Positions 53,942 through 61,631 of a stretch of 61,631 nt of DNA are shown here, one piece after another. Numbering within the stretch: position 1 is the first letter of the stretch; every line of letters begins with the position of its first letter. This stretch comes from Pseudomonadota bacterium (GTDB lineage: Bacteria; Bdellovibrionota_G; JALEGL01; DATDPG01). Both the position numbers and the translations under genes were made by a program. The DNA lies in NCBI GenBank assembly GCA_043804515.1, contig JAZDIZ010000024.1, positions 1 to 61,631 of the forward strand. The letters run 5' to 3'. Under the pieces are notes generated by a model. The model saw only the letters and a program-made list of their open reading frames with translations. It was not told the DNA's origin and did not search any database.

Positions 53942-54849
53942 CAGGCCCTCGCGTCGAACGCCCCCGGAAGAACCTCAAGTCGCTTCGGAACCACGCGGAG
54001 CGATTCGCCGTCCACCATGACGTCGATTTCCCGGTCCATGTCGAATTCGATCGTTCGCACCTTGAGCGCATGGATCTGGGGAAGCCCGACGTGTGTTCCC
54101 TTGAAAATCGTAGGGAACGCCTTGAGGAGCGAGAATCGCCCCATCCGATCCACCAGGATCAGGTCGGCAAGGCCGTCGGACGTGTCGGCCGCCGGCGCCA
54201 TCATCATCTTCCCTCCGGTGAACCGGCTGTTGTTGATGGAGAGAAACGTGAGAGGCCTTCGGATCTCCTCGGCGCCGTCGATTTTCATCGGGAAGGCGCG
54301 GGGATGGAGGCCGGCCAGCTCCTTGAAAACGCCCAGAACGTAACCGAACTGGCCGAACGCTTGAAACCGGCGGTTCCGGGTGGCCGCCACGTCGGCCACG
54401 AATCCCATGCTCAAGAGGTTGATGTAATAAAACTCCCCGTCCCGATGTGTGAGGCGGATCACGTCGCAAGATCGCCGGCGCCCGTCCAGGATGGCTTTCA
54501 TCGAATACTCGGCCGTGTCGTGAGAGAAATCACGAAGGAAGGAATTCCCCGTCCCGGTAGGAAGGAGGCCCAGAGTTGGGCGCGCGGCCCCTTTTTCCGC
54601 CGCGGCGGGGAAAAGGCCGTTGATCACCTCGAAGCCGGTGCCGTCACCACCGATGGCCAGAAAGTCCCTCCGCCCCGCAGCGTAGGCCTCCCGGGTGATC
54701 CTCATGGCGTCCCCCGGGCGGCTTGTTTCAGAGACTTCGATGGCGATTCCCGAAGCCCGGAGACGGTCCAACATCGCCGGCGCCATGTCCTTGGAACGCC
54801 CGCCTCCCGCGGCGGGATTGAAGACGGCGAAGAGGGGAGAAGAACCCAT
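53941..54849 (-). CDS. diacylglycerol-kinase-family lipid kinase (YegS/BmrU-like)
   Basis: FNPAAGGGRS, AIGGDGTGFEVINGL, LPTGTGNSF. Confidence 0.88.
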   Translation of the reverse strand: MGSSPLFAVFNPAAGGGRSKDMAPAMLDRLRASGIAIEVSETSRPGDAMRITREAYAAGRRDFLAIGGDGTGFEVINGLFPAAAEKGAARPTLGLLPTGTGNSFLRDFSHDTAEYSMKAILDGRRRSCDVIRLTHRDGEFYYINLLSMGFVADVAATRNRRFQAFGQFGYVLGVFKELAGLHPRAFPMKIDGAEEIRRPLTFLSINNSRFTGGKMMMAPAADTSDGLADLILVDRMGRFSLLKAFPTIFKGTHVGLPQIHALKVRTIEFDMDREIDVMVDGESLRVVPKRLEVLPGAFDARA

Positions 54850-54850
54850 A

Positions 54851-56548
54851 TCAGATGATCCTCACGGCATCCGAGCGCGGGAGCGCTTGAGCGAGTTCTC
54901 GGGCCAGGATGCCGCGCTTGATCTTGAGCGAGGCGGTTCTGGGAAATTCCCGGGGCCAGACGACATATCCGGTCACGCGTTTGAAATCGGCCAATTGCCG
55001 GTTCCGCTCTCTCACATGCGCCACGAGGGCATCGCTCGTGACGCCCTCGCGCGGACGGACCACGACGACCAGTTTGTCCCCGGTGAATCCCGCCTCGGGC
55101 CAAATGTAGTTCGCGGCGAAAACGGATTGCTCGTACGTGCCCTCCAAGCCGTCGAAAACGGTCTCGATGTCTTCGGGATAGATGTTCTTCCCCCCGTCGG
55201 TGACGATCATGTTCTTGGCTCTTCCGACCAGGCGGACATGGCCGGAATCGTCGACGAACCCCAGGTCCCCCGTCCTCAGCCAACCGTCCACGATCGTCTC
55301 GTCGGTGAGCTCGGGCTCGTCGAGATATCCTTTCATCACCGAAGGGCCCCGGACCCAGATTTCACCGATCCCCTCCCCATTCTTCTCCCGGATGTCGAGT
55401 TCAATCCCGGTGACGGGTTTTCCGACCGTATCGCTCCGGAACGGGCGGAGATCGTTCACCGTCAGAGCGGTCCCGGCCTCGGTGAGGCCGTAGCCGATGA
55501 CGACCGGAATCCCGATCCGGTAGAAAAAATCAGCCGTGGTCGGGTCCACAAACGCGCCGCCGGCGATGATGATTCTGAGCTTTCCGCCGAAGGGCTCGTG
55601 GAGAGGTTTTAAAAGCATTCTGGAGAGGCGATGTCTCGGCCTCCTTCGGGTGGCGAAGGCGTTCACGCCGATCAGGGCGTCGAGGGCTCTTCGTTTGAGT
55701 GGAGAGAGGAGGGCGATGTTTTCACGGATCTTCTTCTCCACGGCTTTCAGGATCATCGGCACCATCGCCATGTGCGTGATCCCGTATTTCTTCATCGTCG
55801 CGGCCAGAAACTCAGGACGGAGCGTGCGTTGATGCACAACGGTGCCGCCGCAGAGCATCGGGATGATGAAGCCGCACATGAAATCGATGGCGTGGTTGGT
55901 CGGCAGGATCGAGAAGAAACGCTCTCCCGGCTTCATCGGGTACATGCTTCCGAGTTGCTCCGCCTGCGATAGATAGTTCGCGTGCGTCAGCATGCACCCT
56001 TTGGGGGTTCCGCCCGTACCCGAGGAATAAACGATGCAGGCCACGTCTTCCCTGGCGGCCGCGCGGTATTCGAAACGATCCCCCTTCACGGTTTCCCAAC
56101 GGGAAGCGCCGTTCAGCCAGGCATCCGGGGGCGCCTCGGTTACGATCACGTGCATGGGAGGCATGTCGGCCCCGAGACGGTTGAAGATGGGCCATTCGGT
56201 GATGAGGACGCTCGGCTTGGCGTGGCGGAGAAGGGCCGCCTGCTCTCCGGGCGTCAGCTTGTAATCGAGGGGTACGAGCGTCAGGCCGGACCAGAACGCG
56301 GCGGCGGCCGAAAACACCCATTTGGACTGGTTGGACATCAGGATCGCGCACCGGTCGTTGGGCTTGCAGCCGATGGATTGCAGCCATGAGGCGAAACGCT
56401 CTGTCTCCCGCTGGAACTCCGCGAAGGTCCATCGCCCGTTCTCACGATCCCGATCCGCCTCGATGAATGCCACGTGGTCCCGGGACCGGGATGTGGCGTC
56501 CCGAAGGGCGTCGCCGATCGAGGAAAATCGGGAGAGATCCAGCTTCAT
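54851..56548 (-). CDS. AMP-dependent acyl ligase (fatty acyl-AMP/CoA ligase), coupled to the ACP gene
   Basis: YSSGTGGTPKG, GYGLTEAG, TGDLGFVD, plus a KIKR C-terminal Lys motif. There is an ATGA overlap with the ACP gene. Confidence 0.9.
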   Translation of the reverse strand: MKLDLSRFSSIGDALRDATSRSRDHVAFIEADRDRENGRWTFAEFQRETERFASWLQSIGCKPNDRCAILMSNQSKWVFSAAAAFWSGLTLVPLDYKLTPGEQAALLRHAKPSVLITEWPIFNRLGADMPPMHVIVTEAPPDAWLNGASRWETVKGDRFEYRAAAREDVACIVYSSGTGGTPKGCMLTHANYLSQAEQLGSMYPMKPGERFFSILPTNHAIDFMCGFIIPMLCGGTVVHQRTLRPEFLAATMKKYGITHMAMVPMILKAVEKKIRENIALLSPLKRRALDALIGVNAFATRRRPRHRLSRMLLKPLHEPFGGKLRIIIAGGAFVDPTTADFFYRIGIPVVIGYGLTEAGTALTVNDLRPFRSDTVGKPVTGIELDIREKNGEGIGEIWVRGPSVMKGYLDEPELTDETIVDGWLRTGDLGFVDDSGHVRLVGRAKNMIVTDGGKNIYPEDIETVFDGLEGTYEQSVFAANYIWPEAGFTGDKLVVVVRPREGVTSDALVAHVRERNRQLADFKRVTGYVVWPREFPRTASLKIKRGILARELAQALPRSDAVRII

Positions 56549-56778
56549 CGCCTCACCTCGATGATTCGCGCCAAGGCGGCGAATGTTTTCACCCCCTGCA
56601 GCTCGTAGTCGGGGATCTCGACGTGAAATTCCGTCTCCAGCTCGGTCAGGAGGCTGAGCGCCGCCATGCTGTCGATCTTGAGCGTCTCGAAAATGTCGGC
56701 TTCGGGGCGGATCCGGGCCGGGTCCGTCTTGAATCGTCGAGCGGTTATCGCAATGAGCCTGTCCAGCGTGTCACTCAC
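56545..56778 (-). CDS. acyl carrier protein (discrete)
   Basis: 77 aa, with LKIDSMAALSLLTELETEF as the phosphopantetheine Ser context (DSM in place of the usual DSL). Confidence 0.85.
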   Translation of the reverse strand: MSDTLDRLIAITARRFKTDPARIRPEADIFETLKIDSMAALSLLTELETEFHVEIPDYELQGVKTFAALARIIEVRR

Positions 56779-56786
56779 ATTTTCTC

Positions 56787-57563
56787 CTAAGGCAGGTAAG
56801 GGTGGGCGTCCGTGCTGTCCACGAACTTTTGAAGTGCCGCGAGCACGACCGGGCGTCCGAAGAGCCGGATCGCCAGCTCCTTCTCGCGCGCCAATTCCTC
56901 ATGCGGAAGACGCTTGATGAACGCCTTCGCCTCCGCCACCGTGACGGAGTCGAACTTGGCCACTTGGCGGGCCATCGTTCGGGCCACGGCAACGGCCTCG
57001 CCGGGGGCCACGACCTGGCTCACAAGTCCCAGTTCCGCGGCCTTGCGGGCGTTGATGCTGCGTCCCGTAAGAAGGAGGTCGCGCACGACACAGTTTCCCA
57101 GCTCCCGTTTCAGGCGCGGGATACCCCCGAAACAGGGTAGGATTCCCAGACGCAGCTCGGGAAAACAGAAACGGGCCGTCTGGTCGGCCACGAGGAGATC
57201 ACAGGTGAGGGCCAGCTCGAAGCCGCCGCCGAAACAGACGCCGTGAATGGCCCCGACGGTGGGAAGCGGAAGAAGATCGAGCCGATCCATCACGGTATGG
57301 ACCCGGTCCAGAAACTCCTTTAAGAGCGGGGAGTGCTCGGCCTGCGGACGGGAGAGCATTCCGCCGTGCAGCTCACGAAGATCGGCCCCCGCGGAGAACC
57401 CGTTCTTTTGGCGGCTGTAGATGACCAGTGCCCTGCCTTTCTTCGGGTCGATCTCGTCGAGCGCCCGCTCCAGGGCTCGAAGCATCTCGGTTCCGATCTC
57501 ATTGCACGGCTCCCGGAAGAGCGCCAACTCGTATACCCGGTCGCTGAGTGTGAGCTCGATCAT
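56787..57563 (-). CDS. enoyl-CoA hydratase/isomerase (crotonase) family protein
   Basis: FSAGADL, GAIHGVCFGGGFELALTCD. Confidence 0.88.
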   Translation of the reverse strand: MIELTLSDRVYELALFREPCNEIGTEMLRALERALDEIDPKKGRALVIYSRQKNGFSAGADLRELHGGMLSRPQAEHSPLLKEFLDRVHTVMDRLDLLPLPTVGAIHGVCFGGGFELALTCDLLVADQTARFCFPELRLGILPCFGGIPRLKRELGNCVVRDLLLTGRSINARKAAELGLVSQVVAPGEAVAVARTMARQVAKFDSVTVAEAKAFIKRLPHEELAREKELAIRLFGRPVVLAALQKFVDSTDAHPYLP

Positions 57564-59209
57564 GATTGTCCTTCGCTTTCTCCGTAGATTCCGTTGATGA
57601 ACCGTTTCATCCGGGTCTCGATGGCGCTCCGGCGGATCTTCTGATTGGCCGTGAGAAGGCCGTTCTCCACGGTGAACCTCTCATCGAGCCGGCGGTACTT
57701 GCGGATCTTTTTGTAGTGAGGAAGCGCGTCATTCACCTTGCCCAGGGCACGCACGATCTCTTCGTCTTCCGCGGAGCCGGTGATGAGAACGGCCAGATAC
57801 GGTTTTCCGTGTCCTACGACCACGGCATGCTCGATCCCGGGGCAGTTCTCGAGGATCTGCTGCTCGATCGGCTCGGGAGCCACGTTGTGAGCGGAGGCCG
57901 GAACGATGATATTCTTCAGCCGACCGATGATCTTGAGGTTTCCGTCGGATGCCGCCTCTGCCAGGTCCCCGGTGTACAGCCAGCCGTCCCTAAGAATCGC
58001 CCGCGTGGCCTCGGGTTTCCTCCAATAACCCGGGAAGAGGTTGGGGCCGCGGCAGGCCAGCTCCCCTTCGTCCGTGATCCGGACGTCGCACCCGTCGATC
58101 GGTTTACCCACGAATCCGGTCCGAACGGATTCCTTCCGGTCCATCGTGACGATCCCCGTTGTTTCCGTGAGGCCGTACACCTGAAGGACCTTGAGCCCGA
58201 TCATTTTGCACCAACGCTGGGTCTCCTCGCTGAGAGCCGCGGAACCGCAGATGATGAATTCGAGATTCGGGCCCACCTTTCGGCGGATCTTTCGAAAGAC
58301 GACGAGTTTGCTGATTCCAAGCAGCAAAAGATCCACCGGCCCGGCTCGGCGGCGGGATACCCGGTCGCCGGCTTCCGCGCCGACGCGATACAGGACCGCA
58401 GGAAGTCCGCCGGCTGCGTGGAGCTTTTCGGAGACGGCCGAACGAATCCGGTCCAGGAAGGCCGGAACCGTCAGAAAATATTGGGGGGAGGCCGTCGCCA
58501 GCTCTTCGGGGAGGTTCTTAAGATCGGTGGAGATCATTAGGGGATTTCCGCGATAGAGCTGCGTCCAGAGCATCAGTCGGGAGCCTGCGAAACAGAACGG
58601 AAGAAAGTGAAAGATCCTGTCCTCTGCGCTTTGCCGTCCCGTGGTTTCGGCCAGGCGGGCCGCAGTTCTTTGGATCATGAAATCGATGTTGGCCCGGGTC
58701 AGAACGACGCCCTTCGGCTCGCCGCTGGTTCCCGAAGTGTAAATAATCGTGACCGGATCCTCCGGCCGAACGGAATGCGGGTCCTCAGGAGAGCCCGAAG
58801 CTCCGTGAACAACGTCAGTCAGGAAGAGAACGGGGCAGGAAGGGTTCCATGCCGTCCGAAGATTCGTGAGAACCGCCGGATCGGAACAGATCAGAAGCTT
58901 CGGTTCGCAATCGCGCAGCATCTGGGCCAGCTCCTTGGCCTCCTGTCGATGGTACAGCGGCACGCAGACGGCGCCGTGAGCTAGAACGGCCAGATCGGCG
59001 GCCACCCAATGGATCGAATTGGGTCCGAGCAGGGCCACGCGGTCTCCCGGTCCGACTCCCTGATTCCTAAGCTGCGCGCGCGCGGATGAGACCAGACGCA
59101 GAACCTCGTTTCCGGAGCACGGACAAAGTTCTTTTCCCCGCACTTCGAAAAGCACCGGGAATTCCGCCCGACGTTGAAGACTCCGGACTATGGTCTCGAT
59201 AAAACTCAC
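57560..59209 (-). CDS. AMP-dependent long-chain acyl-CoA synthetase-like ligase
   Basis: YTSGTSGEPKGV, VYGLTETTG, TGDLAE. The start is placed at GTG 59209 (a GTGA overlap with the upstream stop), because the 5' part of the 754-aa ORF is Arg/Gly/Pro-rich read-through of the neighbouring gene. Confidence 0.85.
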   Translation of the reverse strand: MSFIETIVRSLQRRAEFPVLFEVRGKELCPCSGNEVLRLVSSARAQLRNQGVGPGDRVALLGPNSIHWVAADLAVLAHGAVCVPLYHRQEAKELAQMLRDCEPKLLICSDPAVLTNLRTAWNPSCPVLFLTDVVHGASGSPEDPHSVRPEDPVTIIYTSGTSGEPKGVVLTRANIDFMIQRTAARLAETTGRQSAEDRIFHFLPFCFAGSRLMLWTQLYRGNPLMISTDLKNLPEELATASPQYFLTVPAFLDRIRSAVSEKLHAAGGLPAVLYRVGAEAGDRVSRRRAGPVDLLLLGISKLVVFRKIRRKVGPNLEFIICGSAALSEETQRWCKMIGLKVLQVYGLTETTGIVTMDRKESVRTGFVGKPIDGCDVRITDEGELACRGPNLFPGYWRKPEATRAILRDGWLYTGDLAEAASDGNLKIIGRLKNIIVPASAHNVAPEPIEQQILENCPGIEHAVVVGHGKPYLAVLITGSAEDEEIVRALGKVNDALPHYKKIRKYRRLDERFTVENGLLTANQKIRRSAIETRMKRFINGIYGESEGQS

Positions 59210-60639
59210 GCGTATGTCTCCAGGAGTCTTTTCACGGTGGCGGGAAGCGGCGGCAGGTGGTCCTCCCATGTCCTCTTGAGATTCGGCGGTGTGAACTCCG
59301 GGTAGACCCGCCGCACCTCGTCCACGAAATCGATTCCCATCTGTCCCATCAGCCGGAGCTGTCCGGGCACCGCGCATCCGATCTGATCCCGGATCGCGTC
59401 GGTCTCTCTCGGCATCCGCCGGAGCAAAGCCAGGAGGCGGTCCCCGAGGTCGGGGTCGTCCACCTCCAGGAAGAAGTCGGCGTGGCCCCGGTCGTTCATG
59501 AGATTTCGGATCCGCTCGTCCATCGTGACGCCGACGGAGGGCACCTGGGCCGGCATGGAACAGACGATGGCGTGGAAACGGGAGCTGACCATCATGGACC
59601 CGTTCCGAAGGATGCTCACCAGGTCGTACATGTTGTGCTCGTCGCTGATAAAGAGGGGCGGTTTGGGATCCAGCCGCTCGGCCAGACGCTCGCAGGCGCG
59701 CCGGTCCAGGCGTTCCATCCCCACCAGAACCGGGAGGACATCCTCTTCGTTTCGGAAGGCCGTGACGGCCGTCGCCAAAGCGTCGAGATATCGGTTGTAC
59801 TTGCGGGCGGCTTCCCCGGACCAATCGTGGAAGTAAATCGACTTGTAATGCTGCTCGCCGTACCTCCCCGCCAGGCGGTTCGCCGCAAACTTATAGAGGC
59901 TCGGCCGGACCGGCCACCAGAAGGGGTTGATCGGGCACACGATCAAAACCTTCTTTTTCCCGTCCCACCCGGCGTTCCGCAAGAGCCCCGCGCCACGCTC
60001 GGGGGGCGAAGGTTCGAACGTCCACGCGGTGTCCGTTCCCCCGCGGGTCCGGATCCCCATATCCTCCAAGACTTTCCGGGAAGGCTCGTTCCGGCAGATG
60101 ACCAGGGCGTTCTTGCAGTGCTTGGCCACGAACGATTTCAGGCTCGGCGACATCGCGCCGGCCTCGGCGCCGTATCCGACACACAGTTTGTCCTCGGCGG
60201 CGGCCATGCCGAGCGCGCCGGCCATCATCGTCGTGAGGGCCTCAGCGAACTTGGATTTGAACATGGATCCCTCGCAAGCCACGACGCCGTGATGCTTCGG
60301 GCACTCCCGGTACAGAAAACGCGGAAATACCTGGGGCATCAGGATCTGCTGGACGCCCTCGAAGTAGTCCGCCGAAAGCTCCGGATCCAGAGTCATGATC
60401 GTGAGCGCGAGGTTCCCGTCCCCCAGGATGTGCCGGAACTGGCGGATCATTTCCTCCACGCGCACGTCGGCCCCGGTGTTTCTCGTCCCCGTGTAGCACG
60501 CCAACAGGAGTTTCAGGGGTTTCCCCGGCTCCCAGCGGTCGCCCCGCAAACCCACCGCGTCTTTGAGGGACGCCGTTTGAATGAAAGACCCCATGTACAT
60601 CCGGAGGGCCCGATCGGGACTCAATGCATCGGTGATCAT
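59206..60639 (-). CDS. polysaccharide pyruvyl-transferase-family (PF04230-like) protein
   Basis: The C-terminal half has [11 protein letters not shown], typical of this family. The protein is 477 aa. The start is ATG 60639, in an ATGA overlap with the upstream gene. Confidence 0.7.
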   Translation of the reverse strand: MITDALSPDRALRMYMGSFIQTASLKDAVGLRGDRWEPGKPLKLLLACYTGTRNTGADVRVEEMIRQFRHILGDGNLALTIMTLDPELSADYFEGVQQILMPQVFPRFLYRECPKHHGVVACEGSMFKSKFAEALTTMMAGALGMAAAEDKLCVGYGAEAGAMSPSLKSFVAKHCKNALVICRNEPSRKVLEDMGIRTRGGTDTAWTFEPSPPERGAGLLRNAGWDGKKKVLIVCPINPFWWPVRPSLYKFAANRLAGRYGEQHYKSIYFHDWSGEAARKYNRYLDALATAVTAFRNEEDVLPVLVGMERLDRRACERLAERLDPKPPLFISDEHNMYDLVSILRNGSMMVSSRFHAIVCSMPAQVPSVGVTMDERIRNLMNDRGHADFFLEVDDPDLGDRLLALLRRMPRETDAIRDQIGCAVPGQLRLMGQMGIDFVDEVRRVYPEFTPPNLKRTWEDHLPPLPATVKRLLETYA

Positions 60640-61631
60640 GCGACCTTGGCCTCCTTCTTCCCGACCCATGGTTTGTAGGGATAGGTGAACCCGTGCTCCC
60701 TGGCGAAACGGAGCAAAGGGAGGGCGTACGCCGAAAACGGCTTCGGGGCCTCCCCAAGCTCGGCGCACACGCGCGCGTTGTCGAAAACCGTGTTGAACGC
60801 GAGGTACGGAAGAAACACTTGCATGGCCGAAGCCGGCAGGGAGATCCCCCAACTCCGGGGCGTGGCCGCCAGGATGTTCGTGAAAAACGAAAACGGCCCG
60901 AGGAGGCGGGGGGTGACGAAATGCCACATTCTAAAGCCGGCTTCGTTCATGGCTTTAAGGATCTCGGCGTAGCTCAGAGCCGCAGTGCCGGAACTGAGAT
61001 GGTAGATGTGATGGCGGGGCGCGTCGCTTTGGTGGATCCGGATGATCGCGCGGGCGACGTAATCGGCCGGAACGATGTCGAGCTTCCAATCGCTGTGGAA
61101 CGGAAGGATCGGGAGCTGCGCCAGAAAGGCGAATGCGCGGACCATGTCGAATTGAGTGGTTTGTGGAAAACGGCTGTCTCCCAGCACGATGCTGGGGCGG
61201 AACACGAGGCGGGCCACGTCGGGCAAGAATTCCGCCACCATGTGCTCGGCAAGCTTCTTCGTGCGGGCGTAAGGATCGTAGTCGCTCCGGTCCCATTCGA
61301 TCGCCCGGTCCTCCGTGACCACCTCGTTCGAGCGCTTTCCCGCCACGGCCACTGTGGAAATGTCGCTGAAGCGGCGCAGGCCGTGCTGCTCGTGCGCCGC
61401 CCGAGCCAGCTTGATGACCTGGAGAGTGCCCCGGAGGTTCACGTTCATGCAGGTCTTCTCGGACTTTCGGTTGAGGGATGCCGCGCAGTGGATGACCGAG
61501 TCCATGGACCGGATCAAACGATCCCGGGCGGAGGAATCCATGCCCAGGTTCTCCTGTGTCAGATCGCCCAGATAGATGTCGACGCGGTCGCGCATGAGGG
61601 CATGGAACGTTTCGGCGTCCATGTGGAGCTG
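60636..61631 (-). CDS. NAD-dependent thioester/fatty-acyl reductase-type SDR (NAD_binding_4, male-sterility-like), 5' end outside the window
   Basis: [16 protein letters not shown] and YARTK (YxxxK). The frame is open to the window edge and the GxxGxxG motif is not yet reached. Confidence 0.75.
   Translation of the reverse strand, partial: QLHMDAETFHALMRDRVDIYLGDLTQENLGMDSSARDRLIRSMDSVIHCAASLNRKSEKTCMNVNLRGTLQVIKLARAAHEQHGLRRFSDISTVAVAGKRSNEVVTEDRAIEWDRSDYDPYARTKKLAEHMVAEFLPDVARLVFRPSIVLGDSRFPQTTQFDMVRAFAFLAQLPILPFHSDWKLDIVPADYVARAIIRIHQSDAPRHHIYHLSSGTAALSYAEILKAMNEAGFRMWHFVTPRLLGPFSFFTNILAATPRSWGISLPASAMQVFLPYLAFNTVFDNARVCAELGEAPKPFSAYALPLLRFAREHGFTYPYKPWVGKKEAKVA

Noticed and set aside
53105-54343. 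412-aa plus-strand ORF
   Set aside because: It is antisense to the TetR, acyltransferase and kinase genes. It spans three real genes in one frame, which is not credible.
57560-59824. Full 754-aa reading of the AMP-ligase ORF
   Set aside because: The first 200 or so codons overlap the upstream gene and translate to Arg/Gly/Pro-rich sequence. The GTG at 59209, in a GTGA stop/start overlap, gives a normal ligase N-terminus.
59257-60678. 473-aa plus-strand ORF
   Set aside because: It is antisense to the pyruvyl-transferase-like gene. The translation has a shadow-ORF composition.

Overview
GC-rich, gene-dense segment with about 60 protein genes, from a diderm (Gram-negative-type) bacterium that I cannot place taxonomically from sequence alone. 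The content is mostly chromosomal housekeeping and cell-envelope genes. These include an OmpA/thrombospondin-repeat protein, several beta-barrel candidates, PEGA, DUF481, a LolA-like/ABC export operon, proC, mscL, fdxA, srkA, a GH1 glycosidase, a POT transporter and two EamA transporters. There are two histidine-kinase/sigma54-activator pairs plus an orphan receiver. I recognised no rRNA, tRNA, CRISPR array, transposase, integrase, reverse transcriptase or phage structural gene. Four things look most unusual. (1) A translationally coupled operon of at least 9 genes (52.5-61.6 kb, minus strand) has discrete acyl-AMP ligase, ACP, thioester-reductase and acyltransferase modules, plus a lipid kinase, a crotonase and a pyruvyl-transferase-fold enzyme. 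I read it as an uncharacterised, possibly ether-type, lipid assembly pathway. (2) A self-contained sigma54 circuit (27.6-33.6 kb) has one palindrome, TGACAC-N5-GTGTCA, upstream of -24/-12 promoters in front of the kinase/activator operon and of two paralogous small envelope proteins of unknown family. A nucleotidyltransferase/small-partner (toxin-antitoxin-like) pair lies between the paralogs. (3) A roughly 120-nt structured extragenic element occurs in 4 copies, each about 30-45 nt after the stop of a plus-strand gene, with compensatory substitutions in its outer stem. (4) A 17-21 nt motif (AATTGGGGACACGTACCAATT) occurs as two inward-facing inverted pairs, one enclosing about 66 nt and one enclosing about 1 kb with one of the paralog genes. 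All functional calls come from motif and family recognition by eye. No database search was run.
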